NCBI GenBank assembly: GCA_030704845.1
Contig: JAUYKZ010000001.1
Location: 621-64,620 of the forward strand
DNA length: 64,000 bases
Origin: an archaeon
Lineage (GTDB): Archaea; Nanobdellota; Nanobdellia; Woesearchaeales; GW2011-AR9
Reading direction: 5' to 3'
A program made the position numbers and the translations under genes. Positions 28,723-38,449 of this stretch are shown piece after piece (within the stretch, counting starts at the first letter, position 1; each line of letters starts with the position of its first letter). The notes beneath the pieces are model-generated. The model was not told the origin of the DNA. It saw only the letters and a program-made list of their open reading frames with translations, and did not search any database.

Positions 28723-29736
28723 ATGGAAGAATTAAAATCATATAGTTTATTTAATCTTAATAACAAATACGGTAGTTATAACTACTCTTCATTGGAAAAA
28801 ATAATTAAACCAAAAATAATTAAACCATTATATAATTCTAACCCCATAGAATACATAGAATTCTCAAGAAAAGAAATCTCTCCAGTGAGATCTAAAAATC
28901 TAGATAACAGAATTTTACCCCCAGAACGTAATCTTAATAAAATAAAAATTTATTCCTCTAATCCATCTGGGTCATTTGCAAAGGATATTGATTTTAGTAA
29001 ATTGCCTAAAACTCCTAGTTATGCTTTTGAGGAAGCTAAATTGTCAGAACTTCTAAAAGAGATTGAATCTCAAAGAGATCCAAGAAAATTTAAAGAAGCA
29101 GTTTTAAAAGGTATTCAGCTTTATTTCGATGGATTAGTTGAGGGAAGAAGCGAAATTAAAGATTCCGAAGTTTGGGAAGAACAGTTGGAAGTATTAAATG
29201 CCATGTTAAGAGGAGTAGGAATGACGGTTGTAGCATTTTATAGACAAAACCAAGAAATTCCTTTTGATGATATTCGTAATGCAATAATGCCCTATGATTC
29301 AAGATTAATAAGACATGGATCACAAAAAGGATGTAAAAAGAGACATCTTGATGGAAGTGAAGATCAAGTTGGACGGTATGCAATGAAAGTGGCTAATGCT
29401 TTAGAAGGTGAAGAAGTTGATTTAATTATCCCTGTTGCTTCAGGTGGTTTTGAGCCTGCGGTTTTGGTAGCAGATTATTTGGGAGTAAATCAATTATTTC
29501 CTATAAGATGTTCAAGAATGAGTAGAAATGATAGTGGAGTTTTAGTTCCAGTTCAAGCACCTTTAGATTATCCTATACATCAAATTTCAGGCAACAGAAT
29601 TTTATTGGTAGAAGATATTGTAGCCAGTGGGGCAACTGCTTCTAAATTGGCGCAGTGGGTTGAAAATTATGATCCTGCAAAAGTTTATTTTGCTGTTGTG
29701 CAATGTAGAGGAACAGATTTAGTCATAGGATGGTAA
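28723..29736 (+). CDS. Protein with a C-terminal phosphoribosyltransferase (PRTase type I) domain and a novel N-terminal region
   Basis: PRPP-binding motif ILLVEDIVASGATASKL. The ~200-aa N-terminal half has no recognisable motif. Only 7 nt downstream of the SLT/EF-hand gene. Confidence 0.55.
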   Translation: MEELKSYSLFNLNNKYGSYNYSSLEKIIKPKIIKPLYNSNPIEYIEFSRKEISPVRSKNLDNRILPPERNLNKIKIYSSNPSGSFAKDIDFSKLPKTPSYAFEEAKLSELLKEIESQRDPRKFKEAVLKGIQLYFDGLVEGRSEIKDSEVWEEQLEVLNAMLRGVGMTVVAFYRQNQEIPFDDIRNAIMPYDSRLIRHGSQKGCKKRHLDGSEDQVGRYAMKVANALEGEEVDLIIPVASGGFEPAVLVADYLGVNQLFPIRCSRMSRNDSGVLVPVQAPLDYPIHQISGNRILLVEDIVASGATASKLAQWVENYDPAKVYFAVVQCRGTDLVIGW

Positions 29737-29881
29737 CACAGAAATAACCTAGACCTTAATTGATAGTGAGCAGAGCGACGTTATATGGCGCATTTGGTAT
29801 AACTTTATAATTTCTTGATAGGCACTTTTACAAATAATTGTACAAATACTTTTATATCCTAATTTAATTTTTCTTACTTAA

Positions 29882-30484
29882 ATGAAAAATAAATTAATGA
29901 ATCCTAAATTAACTAATAAATCAGTTTACCTTATTATCCTATTCTCCTTAATATCCTTGTTATTCTTAACTCTGTTATCCTATAAAATTGTTCTTTTTTT
30001 AACACCTTTCACGGACTCACAGCAAAAAACAATTGATTTTCTTTATGATCATCTTAATGACGATAACCAATTAGATTTACAATACGCTTCTGATGAGTAT
30101 TCTCATCTTCTTGATGTAAAAAGAATAATGAACATAGCAAATGTTATTTTTTATCTCTCTTTGCTTGCTTTCACTTCAATTATCACTCTTACTAAAAGAG
30201 ACCCCGATCTTCAAAGAAAAATGTTTAAGACTGCCGGAATAACAACCATTTCCGTGTTATTATTACTTGTTATCCTCTCTTTATTTGCTTTTAATGGTCT
30301 TTTTAATTCATTTCATCAGATTTTCTTCCCGCAAGGAAATTGGATATTTGCGAATGATTCTCTTCTTATTACAACCTTTCCGACCTCGTTTTTCATAAAA
30401 ATGGCAAGAAATATCTTTATTCTTTCATTAACAAGCGGAATCTTTTTATTCTCTTTATCTTTACTAAAGAAAAATGTTCGTTAA
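29882..30484 (+). CDS. Hypothetical integral membrane protein (4 transmembrane helices)
   Basis: Four hydrophobic helices. Confidence 0.45.
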   Translation: MKNKLMNPKLTNKSVYLIILFSLISLLFLTLLSYKIVLFLTPFTDSQQKTIDFLYDHLNDDNQLDLQYASDEYSHLLDVKRIMNIANVIFYLSLLAFTSIITLTKRDPDLQRKMFKTAGITTISVLLLLVILSLFAFNGLFNSFHQIFFPQGNWIFANDSLLITTFPTSFFIKMARNIFILSLTSGIFLFSLSLLKKNVR

Positions 30485-30666
30485 AGCTACCGGATTGAAG
30501 GCATGGATTGTTATTTTGATAATAATCATTATAATTATATTGTTCTTAATTTTCCTATTTAACTTTATATTATTCCTTCTTCCGTTAATTCTATTGATAA
30601 TTGTTCTAGGTTACTTCTTTAAGGTACTCAACAAACTTAAAAAAGGCTAGCTCAGATAGTTGTCTT

Positions 30667-31323
30667 ATGAAACCATTAATTATTCTTAATTTTAAAGTAT
30701 ACGAAGAATCATCTGGAAGAAGAGGAGTAAACCTTGCCAGAAAATTATCTTCAATAAGAACGAAAGGGTACGATGTTATTCTTGCGCCAACCCTACCTAC
30801 CTTAAGTGAAATTTCCCATAAAGTAAAATTACCTGTATTTTCACAACATGCAGATCCGGTAGGATTGGGAGCACATACAGGGCAAGTTTCTGTTGACGAA
30901 TTAAAAAAGATTGGAGTTAGGGGAGTAATTTTAAATCATTCTGAGAGAAAAATTCCATTTTCTACTTTAAAGAAAACCGTTGAATTATGTAAAAAAAATA
31001 GACTTGTTACCGTAATCTGTGCTTCTTCTCTTTCGGAGATAAGAAAAGTTGCTCATCTTCAACCACAATACGTTTGTTATGAACCTAAGGAGTTGATTGG
31101 CGGGAAAGTTTCGGTTACCGAAGCACGACCAAATATCATTGTTAAAGCTGTAGATATCGTACGGCAGGCAAGTCCACGAACATTAGTGTTATGTGGAGCA
31201 GGAATCCATTCTAAAGCTGATTTGGGTCTGGCCTTGATGCTCGGTGCTCATGGAGTAATGATAGGTCATGCAGTTCCTAAAGCCGCTAATCCCAAGAAGT
31301 TCTTGCAAGAAATGTTGTTGTGA
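30667..31323 (+). CDS. tpiA: Triosephosphate isomerase, archaeal short form
   Basis: MKPLIILNFKVYEES N-terminus, catalytic NHSERK segment, ~220 aa as for archaeal TIMs. Confidence 0.8.
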   Translation: MKPLIILNFKVYEESSGRRGVNLARKLSSIRTKGYDVILAPTLPTLSEISHKVKLPVFSQHADPVGLGAHTGQVSVDELKKIGVRGVILNHSERKIPFSTLKKTVELCKKNRLVTVICASSLSEIRKVAHLQPQYVCYEPKELIGGKVSVTEARPNIIVKAVDIVRQASPRTLVLCGAGIHSKADLGLALMLGAHGVMIGHAVPKAANPKKFLQEMLL

Positions 31324-31376
31324 TTCTAGTAAAGTAAACTATAAATGTTTAAAAAAGCTGGTGCTCTGAAAGTTTT

Positions 31377-32216
31377 ATGCAGAAATTAATAGCTGGATTG
31401 ATATCGTCTCTCGCTACTCTTTCTATTGCTTCAGGCCTTGGAGCTATTTATTATAATCCTGACAAAAATAAGAATGAAAAACCATATTCCTGGCAGATTG
31501 ATTCAGTATCTCTGAATTCGGTAACTGACGAATTTGAAACAGATATTGGACTAGTTAATGATGATAACGAGAATGAGAATTTACCTTCGGTTAACGAAGA
31601 TCTTCTTGAAGTTTTTAAAGAAACTTATACTGATTATGTAAACAGAAGAAAGAGATGGAGAGAAAATGGGGCAGTAGATTCTAGGTGGTCTGTGGATTCA
31701 GTATCTGGAGCTTCCTCATGGAAAGCACCTTCGTTAAGATATACCTCTTCTACAGGTAATAAATGTGTGGAAGATATTATTGGTCAGGATGGAACTGTTG
31801 TTGGTTGTTATATGACTAAATGGAGACCTGTTGGCGAGAAACCAAAAGCAGGCGTTCTTCAAATTAAAAATTATCCTTGGGAACATTGGTGGAATAATTA
31901 TGATCACAAAGGTCGTTTAACAGTGTATCTCTCTCCTAAAAAAACAACAATTATCGTTAAAGGAAAATCGGATCAGCCAATTCCCATTGAAAAAAAGGAA
32001 GATGTGGAAGATATTCTTAGGCCGTGTTTTTCAGGGAATGATTATGATATTGATAATGCTCAAAGAGTTATTGAAGAAGAAGGAGAAATCTCAAATTTAG
32101 AAAGTGCTATTTTCATAGCAGATTTATTATTGTCTTGTCCTGAAATAAAAGATCATTATTGCGAGATTGAATCACATAGCTTTGAAGATCTTTGTTGGGA
32201 TACTGAGAATTTTTAG
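31377..32216 (+). CDS. Hypothetical secreted protein (279 aa)
   Basis: Signal peptide; Trp-rich, acidic. Confidence 0.45.
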   Translation: MQKLIAGLISSLATLSIASGLGAIYYNPDKNKNEKPYSWQIDSVSLNSVTDEFETDIGLVNDDNENENLPSVNEDLLEVFKETYTDYVNRRKRWRENGAVDSRWSVDSVSGASSWKAPSLRYTSSTGNKCVEDIIGQDGTVVGCYMTKWRPVGEKPKAGVLQIKNYPWEHWWNNYDHKGRLTVYLSPKKTTIIVKGKSDQPIPIEKKEDVEDILRPCFSGNDYDIDNAQRVIEEEGEISNLESAIFIADLLLSCPEIKDHYCEIESHSFEDLCWDTENF

Positions 32217-32222
32217 ACAATC

Positions 32223-32786
32223 TTATTGAATAACAACTGTAAATTGTTGAGTGTTACCGTACTGGTTATCATCGGTACAATCTTGTCTTACTGGTTGTAA
32301 AGTACATACCTTTGCTTTAAAAATATATTGACCGCGAGGCGCATTCTCTGGAACTGAAACCAGGATTGGTTCTTTTCTATTATCGGCCGGTTCCACGTTT
32401 AATTTTTGATCATTATATAATATCCATTCATCTAAAACTCCTTGCGGGAATTTTTTAACAATTCCATCATCATCGATATAATTTACTTCATCTATGGCGA
32501 TAAAGTAATCCTGTTTTTCTTCACCAATGTTAAGAATTCCAATCCCAAATGTGTGCGATTCTCCTGGTAAAACATTTGCGGTATGTAATGGCAAAGCAAC
32601 TCTTTTTCCTTGATCAGTTAGTAAATGTTCTAATTCTTCTTCAGTTCTTTGATCCAGATGTCCTTGAATTTCTGTGGCTCCACCGATGAATTGGTACAAT
32701 AGATTGACTCCTAAACCAAGGATAACTAAAGAAATGATTACAACTACCAGAATGTTAACCGATAAACCAATCGATCCTCTTTTCAT
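32223..32786 (-). CDS. Archaeal type-IV-pilin-like protein (class III signal peptide)
   Basis: MKRG/SIGLSVNILVVVIISLVILGL matches the prepilin peptidase recognition pattern (basic residues-G then a hydrophobic helix). The start is placed at the MKRGS Met. Confidence 0.6.
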   Translation of the reverse strand: MKRGSIGLSVNILVVVIISLVILGLGVNLLYQFIGGATEIQGHLDQRTEEELEHLLTDQGKRVALPLHTANVLPGESHTFGIGILNIGEEKQDYFIAIDEVNYIDDDGIVKKFPQGVLDEWILYNDQKLNVEPADNRKEPILVSVPENAPRGQYIFKAKVCTLQPVRQDCTDDNQYGNTQQFTVVIQ

Positions 32787-32857
32787 ATGGCTATTGTAAA
32801 CACAGAAACTATATAAAATCTGCTTTTTCCACAAATGTATTCGTTGGTGGTGTAAAG

Positions 32858-34123
32858 ATGAGAAAAGTAGTTCCGTTAGTTATTGTTAATGCATTATTAT
32901 TTTCCTGTGGAGATAAAAGTGAAATAAAAAATAATTCTGGTTTTTCAACAAATCAAAATAATCCTTTAGTAGAAGTCTTGAAAGGTAAAACAAATTCAAG
33001 TGGAGAAGTTTCTCTGGATGATATTGTGTTTAAAGTGAATGATAATTTTGGAAATCCTTTAAATGACATCTTGGTGTACCATCTGCAAGGGAAATCCGAG
33101 ACTCTTTCGATTGCGGTTGATGAACAGAGAAAATATTTTCCTAGTTTTCCAACAATTGGTTATTCTCAATATGGTTTATCTTCACAAGAAGGTTTAGAAT
33201 CTTTAGAGAAACATCTATTGGAAGAAATAACATTCGTTTTATCAACTTTAAATGAAGAAAATGGTGAATATGTAGATTCTAATGGTGTCGGAGAAAGATT
33301 CTTAGGGGAGCAAGGAAATAGTAATCGTTATTGTCTTTCTAAAGAAGCTATGGCTCACGATTATATTGATGTTCCTCTCGGTATTGTTTCTTTAGGTAAA
33401 AGTAATGAAGAGGGAAGCTTACTAAATCTTCTTGTTTCTAGGCCACTACATCAAATATTTGAAAAATATATATTAAGAAATTATGGTGACCATGAAGGAT
33501 ATGAAGTTTGGGTTCCTAAAACAGCAATTTCTTTATGTGATGAAGATTACGACGGTGTAGTTTGTCCTATTACCTCAGAAAGATTGTCTCAAGAAATTTG
33601 GCAAAATAATGGGGTTCCTTATTGGCATATTGCGGGTTCATGTTCACTTAATGAAATCCTTGCTGAGGATCTTAGTTCTGATCAAAATAATACCCCGGAC
33701 AATTCTAATAATCCAAGAGTCCAGCCTGATTATCCCGTCAATGAAAATAATTCTTCAGATAATGATGCTTCAGTTCCCGGATGCTCTTTAAACCCTTGCA
33801 TTAAGTTTGATGCAAATCATTGTGAAGAACCATGCGTTTCTGTTCCTAGCGGAAATAGGTGTGTTTATCCTTGCATAAGTGATAGAGATTGCGAGAATAA
33901 TGATTTTCCCTCACGATGTTACGACTTATCAATTTTTGGCGGACAGGAAGGGAAAGGTTGTTTGATAATACCTTGTGATGAAGGTTGTCCTGTTGGAACT
34001 GAATGTATAGATTTAACTGAATATCCTTTCCAGAGAACAGCTTCTGGAGCTGAACCTGCCGCGGCAGTTTTTACTTACGAGAATTGTTATAATGTTGAAT
34101 GTGTGCCAGAAAATAGGTTTTGA
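32858..34123 (+). CDS. Hypothetical secreted Cys-rich (lipo)protein (421 aa)
   Basis: Signal peptide with an LLFSCG lipobox-like motif. The C-terminal region has about 20 Cys in EGF-like spacing. Confidence 0.5.
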   Translation: MRKVVPLVIVNALLFSCGDKSEIKNNSGFSTNQNNPLVEVLKGKTNSSGEVSLDDIVFKVNDNFGNPLNDILVYHLQGKSETLSIAVDEQRKYFPSFPTIGYSQYGLSSQEGLESLEKHLLEEITFVLSTLNEENGEYVDSNGVGERFLGEQGNSNRYCLSKEAMAHDYIDVPLGIVSLGKSNEEGSLLNLLVSRPLHQIFEKYILRNYGDHEGYEVWVPKTAISLCDEDYDGVVCPITSERLSQEIWQNNGVPYWHIAGSCSLNEILAEDLSSDQNNTPDNSNNPRVQPDYPVNENNSSDNDASVPGCSLNPCIKFDANHCEEPCVSVPSGNRCVYPCISDRDCENNDFPSRCYDLSIFGGQEGKGCLIIPCDEGCPVGTECIDLTEYPFQRTASGAEPAAAVFTYENCYNVECVPENRF

Positions 34124-34153
34124 TAATAAAAAAGATAATAAATTAAAACAAAA

Positions 34154-34378
34154 TTAAGTTCTTACAACTTCGTATTCCTTAACGATGATCATCAGGAATA
34201 AGAACAACAACACTGCACCAGCAATCAGGTACCATAATCCCGGAAGAACAGTTGATGTTTGAATTGCAAGGTACATTCCCCAGCCCATCACGATAAATCC
34301 TAACCAAAGGAACTTGTCTAAGACAAGTCTCATGATTTCAAATTCTTGATCTTTACTTAATCTTTTTTTCTTTGCCAT
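34154..34378 (-). CDS. Small membrane protein (74 aa, 2 transmembrane helices)
   Basis: Two hydrophobic helices; lies between the pilin-like genes. Confidence 0.4.
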   Translation of the reverse strand: MAKKKRLSKDQEFEIMRLVLDKFLWLGFIVMGWGMYLAIQTSTVLPGLWYLIAGAVLLFLFLMIIVKEYEVVRT

Positions 34379-34389
34379 GTGTATCGCCC

Positions 34390-34962
34390 TTATGAAGTTT
34401 TAATGAAGAATGTTCTTTCATCGAATACGGTCTCACCGGATGCTTCTACTTTCATTACCAATACTTTGTAAAGGTAAGTACCAGTTTTATCTGGAGCAGT
34501 AATCGTTACTGGAATCACTCTAGTTTCACCAGGAGAGAAACTTAATTCTGAATTATCCCAGATTACCTTTGTTGAAAATGGAACACCACCTTTTGTTGTA
34601 AAGCTTTCATCTGATTCAGATTCTATAGATTCAAATTGATCTCCTGCTTTAATTTGGAATGCAACTTTTAATACTAATTCACTATCTGCAGTATTTTTAA
34701 TACCGATTGCCTGAACATCATCAGATCCGGTTTCAAGTCTTAATTCGGTTGCAGGAAAACTTAATTTTTTATTACCAGTTCTCAAATCATCTAAGATTTG
34801 CTGGCTAATCTGTTCTTGTACTGCAGTTGTAGTACTACCAATACCCGCAAATTGTTCACGAACAAAACCTAAGCCTAAGCCTAAAACAACAAAAGCAATA
34901 ACAACTATGATAATCGTTTGAATAGAAAGTTCAAGGGATCCTCTATTATTCATTACATCCAC
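34390..34962 (-). CDS. Archaeal type-IV-pilin-like protein (class III signal peptide)
   Basis: MDVMNNRG/SLELSIQTIIIVVIAFVVLGLGL fits the class III signal pattern. Confidence 0.6.
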   Translation of the reverse strand: MDVMNNRGSLELSIQTIIIVVIAFVVLGLGLGFVREQFAGIGSTTTAVQEQISQQILDDLRTGNKKLSFPATELRLETGSDDVQAIGIKNTADSELVLKVAFQIKAGDQFESIESESDESFTTKGGVPFSTKVIWDNSELSFSPGETRVIPVTITAPDKTGTYLYKVLVMKVEASGETVFDERTFFIKTS

Positions 34963-35022
34963 CTCTTTTTTTAATTACTATTTGACAATATCTTTATATT
35001 TAAAAATGTATCGGAAAGGTGA

Positions 35023-35868
35023 TTATAAAAAATAGAGACCAATGTGGTACATTTTAACTATTAAGAGTACAATAAATCCTAATAAGAAGCTTGGTACAAA
35101 AGGAACACCTTCTTTAATAAGAACGCTAGTAAGTTTCTTTTCTCGATAAAATTTCTGTAATTTTTGCAGATGTCTTTTTTCGATAGTTCTCTTTGTAACA
35201 ATGATTTCTTTACCTACCACGACTTCTTCAGCTAACCAATCGCCTTCTGTAACATCTGAAATCTTTTTCCGTTGCAGGAAACAACTATCTTCAACTGCAT
35301 TTACAAATAAAAACAAATAGAACAAAGCTGGAGGAAAAAACATTAATGGCCAAATTGTGGGGTAAAAGAATGTAAATATTAAAGTCGCTACAAACAGAAG
35401 CATGACTATACTATGAACAATCCATTGCTGTTTAATTTTTTCTTTCCATTCTTTAACAAATGTTTCTCTTTTTTTAATAGCCAGGAATCCCATCCAAAGT
35501 ACTCCGTAAATCGCGCCAAGGAATAAAAGACCGATGAAAAATATAACCAAATTGAAACTTTCAAGACTTAAAGGGAGGTTAATTCCAATAGCCGCGCCCA
35601 TGCCCATTAATAATTTACTATCTCCACCGCCCCATTGATTAGAATAATAAAACAGAACGGCAATTAAAAAACAAAGAATGAACCCAAGAAAACCACTTAC
35701 AATAATATGCCAATCAACAATTACCGAAAAAATTCCCCTTATCCCAAGCACAGCGAAAAGAAAACCGTAATTTAACCAATCTGGGATTTCCCTAGTTTTA
35801 AGGTCGCTATATGAGGATAATAGCAAAACTAGAATGGTAATCGTGATTATTATAGTCTCAAAAAGCAT
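35023..35868 (-). CDS. Prepilin/preflagellin peptidase (A24 family, PibD/FlaK-like)
   Basis: Polytopic membrane protein with a first catalytic Asp in SDLKTREIPD and a second in WGGGDSKLL. Confidence 0.7.
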   Translation of the reverse strand: MLFETIIITITILVLLLSSYSDLKTREIPDWLNYGFLFAVLGIRGIFSVIVDWHIIVSGFLGFILCFLIAVLFYYSNQWGGGDSKLLMGMGAAIGINLPLSLESFNLVIFFIGLLFLGAIYGVLWMGFLAIKKRETFVKEWKEKIKQQWIVHSIVMLLFVATLIFTFFYPTIWPLMFFPPALFYLFLFVNAVEDSCFLQRKKISDVTEGDWLAEEVVVGKEIIVTKRTIEKRHLQKLQKFYREKKLTSVLIKEGVPFVPSFLLGFIVLLIVKMYHIGLYFL

Positions 35869-36011
35869 GAATCTGGTAAGTTTGTAAGGGTATATTAATA
35901 TTTGGGATGCTGCTGCGCAGAAACTTTTATAAACAAAATACCTTTAGTAGACCTATAGATAATATCAGATTTTAGATATTTAAAAAAGTTTAAAAAAGTC
36001 GGTGGTATACT

Positions 36012-36584
36012 ATGGCTGATGAAGAATATGAAATTATCCCGCATCAACTGCTCTCAGATTTAAAATTTGAAGTTGAAGCTTTAAAGAAGAAATTAACGCA
36101 ACCTGATGCAAAAATCAATGAACTTGTTCTTGAGATTGAAGGTCTTAAAGATAGTATTCATGATTTACATACTATTTTCCAGAAAGCTCTCGAAGAAGTT
36201 AAAGGAGATGATCTTGGAAGAACCGTATCTCTTCTTCGTGAAAGAATGGAAACTATTTCCAGACAAAATGAAACAATTGCTCAAGGGATGGTTGCAATTT
36301 CAGAGAAAGTGGATGATTGGATGAGATCTAGCAGCTCTCAAAAAGCACCACCCACACAAAGACCAACTTCCCAAATGCCCCCTACAGATATGCAATCTCC
36401 TAGAATGGGTATGCCTTCTTCTATGGCAAGACCACAACATCAATTAGGTATGCCACCAATAAGAGGTCCAGCAAGAGTAGCACCTTCACCAATGCCACCT
36501 ATGACTTCAGGTATGCCGGATTTACCTCCTCCACCTCCCCCTGGTCCTTCATTAGGAAAGAAACGACGGGGAATATTCTCTTAG
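36012..36584 (+). CDS. Hypothetical coiled-coil protein with a Pro/Met-rich low-complexity tail
   Basis: Heptad-like N-terminal half. The C-terminal segment is MPPTDMQSPRMGMPSSMARP...PPPPPPGPS. Confidence 0.45.
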   Translation: MADEEYEIIPHQLLSDLKFEVEALKKKLTQPDAKINELVLEIEGLKDSIHDLHTIFQKALEEVKGDDLGRTVSLLRERMETISRQNETIAQGMVAISEKVDDWMRSSSSQKAPPTQRPTSQMPPTDMQSPRMGMPSSMARPQHQLGMPPIRGPARVAPSPMPPMTSGMPDLPPPPPPGPSLGKKRRGIFS

Positions 36585-36591
36585 GAGGGGT

Positions 36592-37254
36592 TTGATGGTT
36601 TCAATTAATGCTTATTTACTTTTACAGAAAGCTGCAACTATTTCCCAACAGAAATGGGATGCAGTATCTAAGCAAGAAATTCAGAAAAAAATTAACGAAA
36701 TAAAATATCTATCTTCTCAAAAAAAAGTACCTAAGCTTTCTTTAAGGAAAGAAGTGATTCATCTTGAAAATAAACTTGAAAGAGTTTTTGAAATGGAAGA
36801 ATCATTTTCAAGCAGAAAACGTGAAGAATCATTAAAAATAACTTCTTTAAAACGTCAAATTGCGGCAATGCAAAAACGGTTAGCGGCATGTGATGAGAAA
36901 GATCTTCAAAAGAAAGTGGATAGATTAACCCATCTTCTTGGCGATTATTTAGCGAGGCAGGAAGTAGAGAAAGCAACTCAACCAATTCCATTATTGCCCA
37001 AAAAAGCAACTCCTTTGTTGTTATCAGTTAAACCACAATTAAAACTACCTATAAACAATTTAAGTCAAAAATTAAGTCAACTCAGAGAAAGTTTAGCTAA
37101 ACAAAAAGAACTTGACCCAGAACGAGCTAAACTATTAGAGAAAAGGATTAATGAAGTTGAGATAAAAATATCTGGAAGTAATAAATCTGAAATAAAACAT
37201 GATGTCTTGTGGGAAACTACCACAAATAAAGTGTCAAAGAATATTAAAAAATAG
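36592..37254 (+). CDS. Hypothetical coiled-coil protein (220 aa)
   Basis: Charged, lysine/glutamate-rich heptad-like sequence. Confidence 0.45.
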   Translation: MMVSINAYLLLQKAATISQQKWDAVSKQEIQKKINEIKYLSSQKKVPKLSLRKEVIHLENKLERVFEMEESFSSRKREESLKITSLKRQIAAMQKRLAACDEKDLQKKVDRLTHLLGDYLARQEVEKATQPIPLLPKKATPLLLSVKPQLKLPINNLSQKLSQLRESLAKQKELDPERAKLLEKRINEVEIKISGSNKSEIKHDVLWETTTNKVSKNIKK

Positions 37255-37547
37255 TTTTACAAATCTCTACTCATCACAGTCCTTCTACCATTATCTTTCG
37301 CTCTTTTAACGGCAGCAAGAATTAATTCTTTGGTTTTCTGATCAACGACATCCATGAAATCTGCTGACATATTATCCACCCCGGCTTCTTTAAGGATATC
37401 TTTAACTTGTGTTCTTACGGTAATCATAATTTAAGTGCGGGGAATATAGTTTTTAAAGGTTATGGTCGTTTTACTAATTGGTTATTTACTCCATTCTAAT
37501 ACCCCGCAATAACAAAGTTTATAAAAAATCTTTTTACTAATGGTCTT

Positions 37548-37955
37548 ATGGTTGAATCAATATTCCTAAAAATTGCAAGAAAAGAAATTCCCGTCCATAT
37601 AATCTATGAAGATGAAAATTGTCTTTCATTCCTGGATGTTAAACCGCATGTAAAGGGACATACTTTGGTTATCCCTAAAAAAGAGGGGGTAACTATTTTT
37701 GATTTTGAGGAAGAAACTTTAAAAAATTTGATGATTGCTGTTAGAAATACCATGGCAAAACTGCAAGAAGTTCTTTCTCCAGATGGTTTTAATGTTGGCT
37801 GGAATCATAACACAGCTGGCGGACAAGTAGTTCCTCATCTTCATGTTCACATCATGCCTCGCTGGCAAGGGGACGGTGGTGGTAGCATGCATTCTATAGT
37901 AAGTAATCCGGGAGAATTAAGTGTGGATGAAGTTGCAGAGTTATTCAAGATTTAG
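37548..37955 (+). CDS. HIT-family nucleotide hydrolase
   Basis: Histidine triad HLHVHIMPR. Confidence 0.8.
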   Translation: MVESIFLKIARKEIPVHIIYEDENCLSFLDVKPHVKGHTLVIPKKEGVTIFDFEEETLKNLMIAVRNTMAKLQEVLSPDGFNVGWNHNTAGGQVVPHLHVHIMPRWQGDGGGSMHSIVSNPGELSVDEVAELFKI

Positions 37956-38183
37956 ATATTCTTTTATTTTCTTAACCAATTCAGAAGAATTTTCATCTGC
38001 TAGAATTTTCATCAATGGAGATAAGACTTCAACATATGGGCTATCTTTGCATTCTAAATTACATCTACCTAAACAACCATAAATAGAAACTTTTACTTTG
38101 CCATCCTTAATAAATTCTTCATAAATACTAGGGCCAAATCTTTCGCAATTAGTATAACACAAATTAATTTCGGGAAGAGTCAT
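37941..38183 (-). CDS. Small Cys-rich protein (DUF1450/YuzB-like), hypothetical
   Basis: CYTNCERFG...CLGRCNLECKDSPYVEV Cys pattern. Confidence 0.4.
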   Translation of the reverse strand: MTLPEINLCYTNCERFGPSIYEEFIKDGKVKVSIYGCLGRCNLECKDSPYVEVLSPLMKILADENSSELVKKIKEYLNLE

Positions 38184-38237
38184 ATGGCAATTATAATCTT
38201 GTGTTTTTGATAAACCTATTTGTTCAGAAGCGATAGC

Positions 38238-38247
38238 TTTTTATAAG
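38238..38247 (+). promoter_or_regulatory. TATA box (TTTTTATAAG) about 25 nt upstream of the tandem tRNA pair
   Basis: Spacing and composition typical of an archaeal tRNA promoter. Confidence 0.5.
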
Positions 38248-38272
38248 AACCGGCATATTTTTGCCTTGGAAT

Positions 38273-38440
38273 GGCGATGTAGCTAAGCCTGGCAGCGAGA
38301 AAGCAGAGCTTTCTAAGTTTCCCTGCTTTCGCTGGGAAATTATAGCGCAACGCTCATATATATTGAGCGATGAGACATTATATGTCGATGACTAGCTTTG
38401 GGCAACGTTGAGGTCGCGTGTTCAAATCACGCCATCGCCA
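38273..38440 (+). tRNA. Intron-containing class-II-like tRNA (Ser/Leu type); anticodon and intron positions unresolved
   Basis: Acceptor GGCGAUG/CAUCGCC, a 3-bp D-stem with the archaeal AAGCCUGGC D-loop, T-arm GCGUG-UUCAAAU-CACGC. The gene is 168 nt, so it must contain about 80 nt of intron(s). A long alternative helix (AGCGAGAAAGCAG with CUGCUUUCGCU) competes with a simple anticodon-arm reading. Confidence 0.5.
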
Positions 38441-38449
38441 CTTCCTTAC

